Source: Amoeboaphelidium protococcarum X5 (Eukaryota; Fungi; Aphelidiomycota). From it: 64,000 bases of DNA. The notes beneath the pieces were generated by a model, which was not told the origin of the DNA, made no database searches, and saw only the letters and a program-made list of their open reading frames with translations. This document shows, piece after piece, positions 15,643-28,227 of the stretch (within the stretch, counting starts at the first letter, position 1; every line of letters begins with the position of its first letter). Where the stretch lies: positions 1,571,608 through 1,635,607 of the forward strand of contig JALDTO010000266.1 of assembly GCA_023515725.1 (NCBI GenBank), read 5' to 3'. The position numbers and the translations under genes are program-made.

Positions 15643-17193
15643 ATGTCAAGAATTAACGCTAGCGAGTTGACAGTGTCAGCTCAGAATCCTGATCCATCTC
15701 AGCATTTGACCATGCTCACCAAGATCGGAGAAGGAAGTTACGGCTCAGTGTATAAAGTGCTGCACAAGGCAACTTCAACTCTGGCAGCGCTCAAGATCGT
15801 CCCCGTTGACCAGGAGAATGGTGAGACGATTGAAGATCTCATGAAGGAGATAGAGGTTATGCGTGGCCTGGACTCTCGGGGTATAGTGAAATTATTTGGT
15901 AGCTGGTTTCTTGAGGAGAAGCTGTGGATGCTCATTGAGTACTGTGCTGCCGGCAGTGTTTCCGATATTATGAAGGTGTGCAAGTGTACAATGACAGAGC
16001 AGGAGATAGCATGCATCATGAAACAGGTGATGGAGGGCCTCGCATATTTGCATGAGCGAAAGAAGATTCATCGTGATATCAAGGCTGGTAATATTCTGAT
16101 TAATGACAAGGGTGAGGCAAAGTTGGCAGATTTCGGTGTTGCTGGTCAACTCTCAGACTCTGTTGCCAAGCGCAATACTGTCATTGGTACTCCTTTCTGG
16201 ATGGCTCCCGAGATCATTATGGAGGTTGGCTATAATACTGGGGCAGACATTTGGTCCATCGGTATTACGTGCATAGAAATGCATGATGGTAAACCTCCGT
16301 ATCATAATATTCATCCGATGCGTGCCATTTTCATTATACCGTCAAAGCCACCGGCAACATTAGAGAAACCATAATCTGTTAGTGCTGCATTCAACAAATT
16401 CATTGCGAGGTGTTTGACAAAGAGTCCAGATTAAAGGCCGACTGCTCTGGAGCTGCTGAAAGATCCTTTCATTGTCAATGCTCCATCTGTGAATAGCGGA
16501 GCTTTGACTGAGAAAGTCGCAAGAGCGGTTGAACTGATATCGCAGGGTAAATTGAGCAGCGATAGTGATGACGAGGAGGCTGGCGATGATAATGATGATG
16601 AAGACGCCAATAATGATAAATCAAGAAAGAGTAGCAATGTGTCCGACAATATGACAATGATGTCGACAAAGAGTGGCAAGAGCTAAGCTGTAGATGATGG
16701 CACTGTTCGATCAGTAACGCATGATTTCAACACCATGTTGGTCAGTGGCACTATGGTTCAAAGAGACGTGAGTAGTGGTGAATCTAGCGTTCAAGGCACT
16801 TATAAGCCGGCATTTATGCAAATGATGAATGGCAAGAATGGTAGTGACGAAGTTGGTGCAACAATCAAACCTGTCAAACAGTAATAGTAGTTGCCTGCTC
16901 AGACTAAGAAGCAAGGAAGTGAAAATGATCTAGAGTACGGTACGATTAAGCCAAAGGACTAAAATCAGGCAAAGTAACATCACTCGAGACATGGCTTGAA
17001 CTCATCAAAGCAAGATCTCGCCAGCAATCCTTTGGCTAAGCCCCCATCTGCAGAAGAATTGAATGAAATGTTGAAAGCTCTGGAGACGTCCATGGATAAG
17101 GAGATTTCCATGATCAAGACCAAGTATGAGAGAAAGAAGGAGCCAATCGTTGAGGCTATGAAGACAAAGAGAGGTGGAATATAGATGTAATGA
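15643..17193 (+). CDS. STE20-family kinase of Hippo/MST1/2 type with C-terminal SARAH-like domain
   Basis: GEGSYGSV, HRDIKAGN, DFGVAGQLSDSVAKRNTVIGTPFWMAPE, PMRAIFIIP; tail EELNEMLKALETSMDKEISMIKTKYERKKEPIVEAM. Confidence 0.85.
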
Positions 17194-17532
17194 ATGATTG
17201 ATCGATCATATGATGATGCACTTAGATAATGATACGCGTCGCTTAGAAGTTTAATTGCACATCATGGTTTGTTATTAAACGTATCACAAACTGCTTCATA
17301 TATGATCACTTTGATATCAAATGCTGACGTGTTGCAAGTTATGCGTTTCGAATCAACTTTGACTCACGCGGTTCTTTCACAGTCATCATAGACTTTCAAT
17401 TTTACTGAAAGCCACTCAATCTTCTTTCTTAGTTGTTTATTTGATCGTCACTGAAAATAAAAAATCAGTTTTATCCCGAGATCGACATTGGCTTTTACCT
17501 ACTGTATATCATTGTTGTCTCAATTGATAAAA

Positions 17533-19614
17533 ATGACTTCGCGATATTCCCGTTTAAGCTCTAACACGCAGCGGTCCTCCAGTGTCAACTTGGACTTGAA
17601 AGAGTACTCACAATCTTACTTCAAGTTGTAACAAGACAGTACCGGTGACAGTTAACAATAGCATTCATAATCAAAACTTGGAGTGCTCAAGTTTTTTAGC
17701 CTCACCGCTGTTTTACTTGGTCTGCAGTTTACCTGGACTATTGAAATGTCTTATGGCACACCGTACCTCACCTCGTTTGGTTTGTCTCATACGCAATTAA
17801 CTCTAGTTTGGCTATGTGGTCCTCTGAGCGGATTGATTATGTAGCCCATTGTGGGAATATTGTCAGACAGACATCTAGGCAGATTTGGTCGAAGGAGACC
17901 ATTCATCATGGGAGGATTTGTGTTGGTAATATGTTCACTCCTCATGATAGCGTATGTTCGTGATATCTCTCGCTGGTGGAAATTGCAGCCATCTTCTTCG
18001 TAATCGGAAAGTGAATTACCACCACCTAATGCTCATGATGGTCCATTATCTGTATTTATAGTTATATTTGGATTCTTTGTGCTTGACTTCTCTATAAATA
18101 TAGTTCAAGCAGCATCTAGAGCGTTAATTCTTGATGTCCTGCCTGCGGATCAATAGCAAGCTGGTAACTCTTGGGCATCTGGTATGATTTCCATCGGTAA
18201 TATTGTTGGCTATTACATTGGATCTCTCAATCTATCTGATGTTATGAGTAGATGGTCATCATCATAATAACAATAATAGATTTTGTAGGATGAAACTTCC
18301 CTGAAATAATAATCTTAATCAGTGGAGGAACTTCATATGAAAGCCTTGACTTTTATTGCCTGTCTGCTCCTCTCATCATCAGTATTTATCACTTGTTATT
18401 CCATTAAAGAACGTCCATTCACTGGAGTAGTTATGCACTATTAGAATGCGGAAGGGGAGAGGAGAAATCTGTACTCTCATGTCATACAGCTAGTAAATAC
18501 TGCTTTTAATCTTCCGCGATAGTTGAGAATGATCTGTATGGTGTAATTCTTTGCCTGGTTTGGATGGTTTCCGTTTAACTTCTTTAGCACTGAGTTTATT
18601 AAAATGACTGCTCAATATTACGGCTATGGATCGAATGGTGTCCCGATCAGTGCAATGGATGCCGTTCGCCTAGGTAGTCGAACTCTTTTGATATTATCTG
18701 TGGTATCATCACTTTGTGCATTCACTCTGCCTCCCGTGATACGGATCAGACAATGGAAGCCTCAGGTTGTATGGACCTTCAGCTTGTTCCTGTTTGCACT
18801 TATTCTAATTGCATCCTACATTGTGGTATCCGTGTATGTTGTCTATGATCCCACCATGATGCTGATGTGCTTCGTGTGCATCTGTGGTTTACCGCTTGCC
18901 GTAACAATGTGGGTGCCTTACGCGTTAATCGGCGAGTACCTGTCACCTGCCACCGGTTTGTAGTAGTTCCGTAAGAAGTCTTCTACACATGATCTAACTG
19001 ATGAAGAAATACAATTATCTATTGGTGATAATGACGAACAAAGAGCTAGTTGTAGCAAGTAGATACTACCGAAGTATAATGGAAATTAGGATAAGGAAGA
19101 TCTTGGTAACAGCAGCGGTCTTACTTAACAAGACAATCATCATTTATCTTCCGGTATAGTTCTGGGCATCCATAATGTATACACTGTGTTACCGTAAATT
19201 CTATCCAGCTTGTTGAGTTCTTTGCTCTTCTTCATGGTGAAGGATGATGGTCGAGATCCTGGCAACATTGGTCTAGTATGGATGATAAGTGGACTATTCG
19301 TTGTAGCAGGCGCGATTCTATCATGCAGACTTGTACAGTAATAATAATCATCATAGTAATTGATTACAGCTTAATAAAGTATCTATGCTAGCTAGAATGC
19401 ATTTCCCAGTGCGGAACTAAGTGTGACTCCACACTTGGCACTTTTTAGTTGCTATTTCACTGAAAACAATCGAGTCTGTGATATATTGTATTCTATACAC
19501 ACTCATTTATATCAAAACATGAATTTATAAATAATTTTTCTGACAAATGGTTAGGATAAAAGTCTATTTCATTAGTTATTGTTCAAATCATACAACTTCA
19601 TTGATAATCGCTGA
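17533..19614 (+). CDS. MFS/GPH sucrose or alpha-glucoside transporter (SUT1/SLC45-like); 3' end uncertain
   Basis: GLQFTWTIEMSYGTPYL, WLCGPLSGLIMQPIVGILSD, FGRRRPF, QFFAWFGWFPF, GIHNVYTVLPQI; similarity ends ~19340 but first in-frame TGA is at 19612. Confidence 0.8.
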
Positions 19615-20316
19615 GTTATCCGCTGAGACAACAACTACTTCTAATCCGAATCTTGACCATTATCGGATAAATTCACGTCAGATAATGGTAAATCTTATAA
19701 TGAACTCTATTCCTCAGCTATCCATCGATATCCATCTTCAAGGGAGAATACAGACTTTTATTAAATCAACTGAACCATAGACTACAAAGTTTGAGAGCAA
19801 TGCATCAGGCGAGCTGAAATGACATCCTTCAAGCTGGGTGCCATATACACCGTCCCCTCAAGAATATAATACGTCTCCAGCAATTCCGCTTCAGTCTCAG
19901 ATTTTCGCTTCTACTTTCTAATCACGTATAAAATTGGTTCCTATACATGTGCCAGTACATACTCCACCCCCACCATCCTGATCATCATGTCACCCATCTC
20001 TGCCAGATTATTAAACTTGGTTTACATTTTCACAACTTCATTATTACACGTACTACACCTATTATTTCATAAAATAAATGATTAAGATATTAAAGTTTCA
20101 ATATGTGAGAGCAGCATAGTATAGACTTACGGATCGTAGAATTGAGACGTGGCAAAGTAGTCCAGAGCATTCAAAGCACCGAGTCCATAAGTCTACAGAC
20201 AATTGTCATTTAGTAAATGCATTGACAAAATAGGGAATTTACAAGAGAAATACCTGAAGCCAAGCGACATCACGAAAACTCTACCACTTGTGAGGAATAT
20301 CTGTATTCTAGTCCAT
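19569..20316 (-). CDS. MED6: Mediator subunit Med6, introns ~20193-20253 and ~20053-20130
   Basis: ALDYFATSQFYDPTCNNE, GVEYVLAHVQEPILYVIRKQ, YYILEGTVYMAPSL; absent from the standard ORF track. Confidence 0.88.
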
Positions 20317-20657
20317 TTAAGCGGTAAATTTAAGAGGCAGTATAAGATGTTAGCGTAAACCAACCAGGAGTAGCTGACGCGTTCCGTAGAGGAGATTTGT
20401 TAAGTGAGTATAAGAAGTATAGAGGACACCCAGAACATTGGAGTGTCAACTTATATGATGCAAGCAAATCTTTAACTTAATTGCAAAGACTTTTTATGAC
20501 AGTAATCTATAGAACACATTGCTGTAGATGTATTTGGCGATGCGGAATCTGATGCAGTTCAAACAACATGAGCATTACAGATGATAGCGATCAATCTTTT
20601 TCCTGTTTGCACGTGGAAAGGTATCTAGTAAAGAATTACATACTGTAATCAGGTATC

Positions 20658-22283
20658 ATGACTCAGTTGCAGATGGATGATAAAACTTTTGAGGTTATCA
20701 AGAAATTAGATCAAGTATAGATTGCAGGATCTGTATTGGACATACAATTTGCTGATACTGCTCTAGAAGCAGATCAACTGACTGGTATTCCCAAACTTGC
20801 GCGTTAAATTCTCACGATTTCTGATTAGAACTTGCTCGATTAGGATGCCAGTAATAATGACGCTGATGACGGTTTGCCTGATATTAATAAGCTAAATTTG
20901 AAAGAGGATTCTCTTATCAAGAGCGTTAATTAATCCTCTAAATAAGCATTCATCAAATAAGCGCGTATAATCACAGATTCAAAGAATGAACTGGTATCAA
21001 AAGTATTAGAATTGCATTTGAGAATAGATGATTTTGAATGGGATTATCGACCTGGAGATGCAATTTAAATATATCCTCATAATGATGATAATCTGGTAAA
21101 GTTATTGCTAAAAAGACTAGGCTATTCCATGAATGATATGCTGTAGATTCAAAGTTCCGATCTAGGCACCTCGAATTAAATACCACCTAGATGTTCAGCG
21201 TACGATCTGTTTAGTCAATACCTGGATATCTGTGGGCCTCTACGCAAAGCACTTCTACGTACGTTAATAGAATGCACTCAGGATAATTTAGATAGACGCC
21301 GGTTAATGTTCTTATGTAGTAAGTAGGGAGTTAACGCGTTTAGGCAGTTGCAATTAATGCAACCTAATCTGCTAGATATTTTAATGACATTTGCGTCGTG
21401 TCAGCCGTCACTATCTCAACTGGTGAATTGCTTAAATCCCCTTGCACCGAGAAGTTTTTCCATTACTTCGTCATTGCTTCATTAGTAAATCAATGCTGCT
21501 GAAAGATAGTCTGAATTACCATCCTCTTCATTTTCTAAGTCATCTACATCCACGGAATTGTCAATCTGTGTAAAAATTGTTGACAATCTAACTACTAGTG
21601 GGAATGAAGGTTATTCCATCCGTCGACGTGGTGTATGTTCATAGTATTTGATCTCTAGTCTGGCAAATAGTCAATCCATCCATTTAAAAGTTTAGCCGCG
21701 TGTGGTGAGCCATAATAATCTCTTTGCTATCCCAGATTATAGAACTGATATGATACTCATATGCACTGGTACTGGCATTGCCCCATTTATGAGCTTCCTT
21801 CGTCACAGGTACGCGTAATAAATCTCTCTCACGGGAGACAAAGACATTATTGAAGAGGAAAGAGGCAAGATTTATATGTTCTATGGCTGTAGATTCCGAG
21901 ATACTGATCTCTTATATAGGGAAGAGTTAATTTAGTACTTGGAATGTGGTGTAATTACTTAGTTGCATGTTGCTTTGTCAAGAGATGTTGTAGTAGAACA
22001 GGGTGAAAATTACGTCAAAGGACCGGAATATCATTATTACAATGGATATGTGCAGGATGCAATGCTGGCAAGTCATGAGCTAATACATTAAGTGTGTACA
22101 TCAAGTTCTGAAAGTAAATTATTTGTATGCGGAAGTGCAGAGACTGTCCTCCCAGCTGTGAGATCCACGTTGACTTCCATTCTCGACTCATCATCAACAG
22201 TAGTAGTAGAAGTAGAGAACTGTTAAAGCATAACTCTGCAATAGTTATAGAAATCTTCAAGATTTATATGTGACATTTGGTGA
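20658..22283 (+). CDS. Methionine-synthase-reductase/diflavin-like FAD-NADPH reductase lacking the FMN domain
   Basis: YRPGDAIQIYPHN, APRSFSITSS, RGVCS, ICTGTGIAPF, FYGCR, HVALSR, YVQD, LFVCG, C-terminal DIW. Confidence 0.8.
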
Positions 22284-22390
22284 TGAACATAAAATCCAAT
22301 TGATAATGGATAACTACCATCAACATTATTTTTCATATATAAACCTATAAAAAATGCATATATACTATATATATTTTCTCACTTTATACT

Positions 22391-22690
22391 TCATTTACGC
22401 AGAGATTAAGCTTCCGTGTGCCACTGACCACCAGGTTGAAATTCTTTAGCATAAATTAGAGCCGGAGACCATGACGTGGGTGGCTTGGAATGCTATTCAC
22501 GTTAACTGCTCACATAGAACGCAGTCAGAGAAGCTGGTAGTATGAATCCGAGCATAACCTTGGCCGTATTTGATCGCCAGTATTTCGGGTCTGCCCACCA
22601 TCCACCAGTGCTACTCCACACCCACTTTGGATATCTGTACCTAGGTCCCGCGGGCTCTGCCCAATGTGATCCATCATGTCCACCTCCCAT
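22391..22690 (-). CDS. Small membrane protein, probable complex I accessory subunit (NUUM-like)
   Basis: MGGG...YPKWVWSSTGGWWADPKYWRSNT followed by a TM helix; 99 aa. Confidence 0.7.
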
Positions 22691-23098
22691 TTTAATACTT
22701 TTAATACTAAATTATTAGTTTCCAAGCAGTCCACTTTACTTCTTCACAAAGAACTTCAAGAAAAGAAAGAGGGAAGAGCAACGCGAATATTCAACAAAGA
22801 CGACGAGTCTAATTAAAAACCAGAAAATTTTCGTTTTGTTACGTGGGCTGCTTTTACAATTAGTACTGGCAGAGACACGGGAACCACCGTTCCAATGGAC
22901 ATATTTGTCAGTCATGGAAAACACTATTTCCAGATAATATTATATTCAATCACTCAAATTCACTATTCCAATCCTAAAAACTACCTATCAGAAGAACCGT
23001 GTCAACAAAGGCGGACCCCTTGATCAGCCACAGGCGAACGACTCAATCTTCATAACCTGAGAAACCGTCAATACATCTAACACGTTTAGTCTCTTATT

Positions 23099-23359
23099 GA
23101 ATGCACTGAATCCAAAATTACTTGGAATTATGTCGAAGCGAACATCACTGGGCGATTATAGTAGTCAGAGCCAATTGGCCCTGATGCGCGCTCAAACAGA
23201 GCCAATTGGCTCTAGCTTAGATTCAAGAGGAGCAACTCAACTTCATCGTGGAAGAAAATCACTATCAAGAAGGTTATATTTCAGAGAATGCAGTGAATCC
23301 AAAATTTACTAGAATAATGTCGCAGGTAATAGCACTAGGCGATTATGGTGATCAGAGCC
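23099..23359. repeat. Diverged ~73-bp direct repeat (23099-23172 and 23286-23359)
   Basis: gaatgcactgaatccaaaatt...ggcgattatagtagtcagagcc vs gaatgcagtgaatccaaaatt...ggcgattatggtgatcagagcc. Confidence 0.8.
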
Positions 23360-23503
23360 GCCATTTCAGCCTTTAACACCCTTTACCTTTCTTTTCCTGC
23401 TTTGGTCACTTGTCGTTCATTTTTTATTGAAAGGATATTGTTTGGAATTTATCTGACCGTTTAATATTATAGGCGTTTTTAAATTGGTAGTCGTATAAGG
23501 ACC

Positions 23504-25786
23504 ATGAAGAACTGTTTATATCTTGTGGTTTTATCCTTGTTGACAGTCGCTCTTCCCTGGGTGTATGGTCGTCCCCCTGCTCCGCCTGAACATTTTGACT
23601 CTCCGTTCATTGAAGATTTGAAAGGTCCTCAGGCAGACTCCAAGTTCAAAACTGGCTCGTGGCTGGTCGAGTACTACACTCCGTGGTGTCCAATATGCAA
23701 GAAGTTCGCACCCGAGTATAAGCAGGTGGCTCAAGCATTATTCGATCAGGATGAATTGGAGTTGAAGAAGCGGTTTTCTCTGGATTTTGCTACTGATTAT
23801 AAGCAGTTGGTACACATTGCCAAAGTCAACTGTGCTGTGCATTAGAACACGCCTCATTGTGACATGCAGGCTCTTTCAGGGTATCCGTCGCTGTATTTAT
23901 TCTAGAATGGGAAGAGGGTGGAGGAGTATGTTGGCGACCGGAATGCTTAGTCTGTTATATTTTATTTGAAATCTAAAGGTCTTCTCACCGCTCCCTCTTC
24001 TGATGTGGCATCTTAATAGAAGAATCCGTAGTCAGGTGGATAGTAGCAGTATATCACGGATCTGACACCAGAGGCTTTTGAATGGTTTGTAAAGAATAAT
24101 GCAGCTCTAGCCGTTGTGGAATTTTACTCCAATATGTGCCATCATTGCAAAGCTTTTAAGCCTCATTTTGAACAGGTTGCAAAAGATTTAATTGCATCCG
24201 GTGAAGTTGCCGACTTTAAAGCTTCTCATTATAGCAATGTCATTATGGGCAGAGTTGACTGTCTGGATTCCGATGCTGGTAATGGAGAGTTGTGTTAGGA
24301 GAATGATATATTTTCTTTTCCGACTGTCCGAGCATTTACTTTTGACGGGAAAGTGTTGCAAACCTTTAATGGCGCCCCTAAAGCTGAGCCTTTTGCAGAG
24401 TGGATCAAGTCTGTGATGAAGGAAGTTGGCTAGAAATATCCTCCCTCTCAGTAGACAATGTTATAGCCTTTAAAAGATCCTCTTAAGCCAGAGCAGCTGG
24501 CTGATGAAGAATCTGCTGATGATGTAAATAGTTTGTTGAAAGATGATGGTATTAATACAATCAGTAAGAGTGATGGGCAGGTTGTCGTGTTGACGGATGA
24601 TAAACTCAACTCATTTGAAAGTACATTTGCTAAAGGACCATGGTTTATTGAATTCTACGCGCCTTGGTGCCATCACTGTAAAAAATTAGAGCCGGTATGG
24701 ACTAAATTGGCGCAGGAGCTGAGAGATGGCACCAGATTTGGTAAAGTTGATTGCACCTCCAACACGGCGTTATGTAAGAGACATCATGTCAAAGGATATC
24801 CGACTCTTTTGTTCTTTTACAATGGCAAGATGATTGCGGATTATCGGAATCCAAGAACTATTTAGATGTTGAAGGATTTTGCATAATAAATGTCTAAGCA
24901 GATTGTTTAAAAGCTAACTGATGTGAATTAATTTTCCAAGTTTAGCTCGCAGGATACTTCGAGTATTGTCTCCAGTGTTTCCATTGTGTTGATATCTCCT
25001 GGTAAAGTGTAGTAATCAGATGTAGATTCTTTTGAAGTTGTTGCAAAGAAGTACTATCGTGATGCCAAGTTTTACGTGTTATCTGATCCATCTGCGTATT
25101 CCAATTTTAAGCTATCTGACACGAGTAGTAAGTATATTGTAGTCTTTAAAGACGACACTTAAATATCTCAAAAGATCACATCGATTGAGGATGAGTCGGT
25201 ATCAGAGTGGATCAGTCAGAATAGATTTCCGAGTGTAATTGCAATGAACGAATTCAATTCTGCTGATGTTTTTGCACTGTAGCGACCTGTAATTATGGGT
25301 ATTTTGGAGAATGATCACTCCAAGGCTGAAATTTTGATGATGAAAGATGCTGCTGCAGCTTTGCCTCGTCAAAAGTCTACGGGATAGAATGGCTATGTAT
25401 TCGTTTGGATAAGTGGACTCTAGTGGGCCAAGTATATAGACGCTAATTTTGGGATTAAGGATTCTTCTAAACTCCCTTCACTGGTTATCATATCTCCGAA
25501 TGGATAGTAGTATTATGACGGATACTAAGATGGGTTGAAGTTTTAATTCACATCCTCATAGTCTATAAAGATGGCCATACAAGCTGTGGAAGATGGAGAG
25601 TCCACTCCTAAAAGTCTATCCTCTGACTCTGTAGCTGGTAATATGGTAAGGAGTGCCCAATAGTTTTTGGCCGAACATCCGATAATATCAATGATAATGA
25701 TCGTGTCTCTTTGTGCATTTGTCTACCTGGCCACTCGATAAACATCTGAGGATTTGTCTAGCTATTTGCCAGTGAAAGCTGACTGA
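23504..25786 (+). CDS. Membrane-anchored protein disulfide isomerase (Eps1/TXNDC5-like)
   Basis: Signal peptide; three thioredoxin motifs WCPICK, MCHHCK, WCHHCK; C-terminal TM and ...VKAD stop. Confidence 0.85.
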
Positions 25787-25845
25787 ATAAATACGTACCT
25801 CTTACAGTATGTAGACATGTAAAACATTCTATTGTCTTTCAATGT

Positions 25846-27009
25846 TCATTATATTTTTGTGTACTTTTATTTGAATTACAGGTATGAACCATCAATGGCA
25901 CTTTGTCGCAGCTATTAAGTGAATGCTATGAATTGGTGCAAATTATGCATCATCAGCAGAGTGCTACCAAGAATCTCTTTTACCGTGAGCAGGTGCTAGA
26001 CATAACCTTTAGAGTAGCTCTAACATGAATAACACGTACATCTGTGAACCAGAGGTGATTAATCATCAGCGAATTATGGTTCCATAATACTGTACGCATC
26101 ACTCAACGTTCCGCCATCACCGACAAGATTAAAGACCTTTGACTGTTCAGTAAGCTCATAAGCGAGACTCGAATCAAAAATATCCACACCGTTCTCAACA
26201 GCAGTAAATACATCCTAGATACTACGCAGTCCAAACAAACATTTAAAAGAGTCCTAAGGCAAATTTTCAGTGACAAACTGGATTCTATTCTTGAACTGAT
26301 CTCTATTTTCATGCAAGTTCAGGCCCTCTAGAATATAACCAGGAAATTGGAAAGATTTCATCTACTAACAGGATTGATATCGAACATCTTCATCCGATTC
26401 TGAGGCACAACAAATAACTGTCCCCAAGAGCGCATAATTGAAATCATCATCCCCATCTGATGGTTGAGTATACCGACTGCTAGAATAATATGACAATGTC
26501 CTATCACTAGACTTCTGGGCTCTCTTACGCGTCAAACTGGCATCCACAGGACAATCAGACAGAAGACTGCTGAAATCGAGTCCGCCGCGCTAGATATACT
26601 GGTCAAATACTTGCGGTGTAATCCTCTAATGACCCTTCTTGGATACACAAGTAACGTATTTATCTCCATTCACGGACGTATCATTGTATTTCAATGAATC
26701 GCCCCATGTGGCAAATGCAATTTGATCTTTTGGAATAGACAATAATTCTCTGATACTCATTGTTGGAGGCATCGATTCCAGTATTGATTTATCTACAGTC
26801 TAAATGATCTATTCCCAGCTGTATAGCAAATATGGATGGTTCAATCGCGCCAGTAGATCTGGTGTTAGGTGAGGGATGCATCTGTTACGCGTATAGAGAA
26901 GACAATTAGGTGTCTGCAATTCTATGCCATTCACAAACAATTACCCCAGTCGTACCAACTAATCCTTCGGTGCATCGGATTTTAATTAAAAAGCAACTCT
27001 CTAAGTCAT
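25846..27009 (-). CDS. QTRT2: Queuine tRNA-ribosyltransferase accessory subunit
   Basis: RLGQL...TPNCLLYTRNRCIPHLTPD, KRAQKSSDRT, Zn site CTCYSC...H, EILGSTLLMMHNL; 387 aa. Confidence 0.85.
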
Positions 27010-27659
27010 AATGATATGATATTCAATGAGTGTGCTTATCAATTGTTCAAGACTGCAAAATGGTTAAAATTAGGCGATTTGCTTACCGGTAGATGAAGTT
27101 TAGCCAAATCTGCGTGTTCTGATCAATGGATCTACACATATTCTCACGGCGACTTTTCAGTAAGTCTGTCAATCCGCTAAAATCTTGCAATTGGACTTAT
27201 GCGTTCAATGTATTAGTGCTTGATAGAATGTTTCGATCGAAGTAAGGTTAAACGATATTTTCAGCTTATTAAACATGCTAGACGTACGAGTCTGTTCTAT
27301 TATCTAAAATCATGTCAATTTAGCTGCATACGCGTTATAGCGTAGCATTTTAGCTCAGGTTCTGTAAAGCATTATGACCTACTCATGAATAAACTCGGAT
27401 GCGGAATGGCTTTTGTACTAAGGATAGACACCTCTGAGAAGAGCAACACTGATGATTATCTGTGGTACAATTGGATCTAATTTACGAGTCGTGGTGGCGT
27501 CTATATATCGCGATGACAGAACAGACTGAACTGTTTTATTAAAATCTGTAGCTTGCAATGCCTTTATAGTGCTTGGCTCTTGACCCGCCGTACTGTAAGT
27601 GCGTTTGCGCAAAGACGTCATTTCATCTAAGAAGGATATGTGCTACCAATTCGCATGCC

Positions 27660-28227
27660 TGCAGCTTAAAGCGGATGAGCTTAGACATCCACTTAGATTT
27701 AGCACAACGTGATTCTTGCAGTTGAAACTATACTATCTAGCCATATTGGATACCAGCTGGACTAGCCCATTACCATCGTTCCAGTGCATTCTTTCAGGTC
27801 TGTATGTCGAATATACAGCGGCGTACTAATAAACTGAGGCATCCCTGTCGTTCTTGCGCCGCAGGGGACGATTAACTCCTGTCGCAAGTACAGCTTGAAA
27901 AAATTGACGCATAATCCCTTAGCCAAGCCTCAAGTCAGGAATTTCTTCGCTACGTTCAAGACGCCATATGTCGTAGCCATTGAGGAATCTGCTGGCTTCA
28001 CTGTAGATGTCGGTACAGCGCGTAGCAGCATCTAAGATCACGGGGCGGAGTTGTTCATCAGCTAATATCGTGTTATAACCGACATTGACGGTGCAAGTCA
28101 CTGTTCTGGCACCAAGAGCATTGTCATCTTAGTTATTGAGATCTCGATATTTTAGTCTTGGCTTGTACAATGGACATCTATCATTAGACGTCCTTTAGTG
28201 ATCAGTTGCACCACAGCGACAGCTCAT
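27660..28227 (-). pseudogene. Fanzor1-like N-terminal remnant, no RuvC domain
   Basis: Zn knuckle CRCGATDHQRTSNDRCPL, then TVNVGYNTIL...RCTDIYSEASRFLNGY...LVSNMARQYSFNCKNHVVLN, resembling fungal Fanzor1 N-terminal half; frameshift ~27690 and similarity then lost. Confidence 0.6.

Noticed and set aside
19339-19350. (TAA)n/(TAG)n runs as tandem stop signals or non-coding microsatellites
   Set aside because: Elsewhere in the window such runs lie inside coding frames and encode poly-Gln.
27046-27621. Possible HORMA-like or other gene (…SVALLRGVYP…) between the Fanzor remnant and QTRT2
   Set aside because: Two overlapping open frames with no convincing splice model or further motifs.
25846-28227. 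A full-length Fanzor extending down to 26 kb
   Set aside because: Downstream minus-strand sequence is QTRT2, and no RuvC motifs were found.
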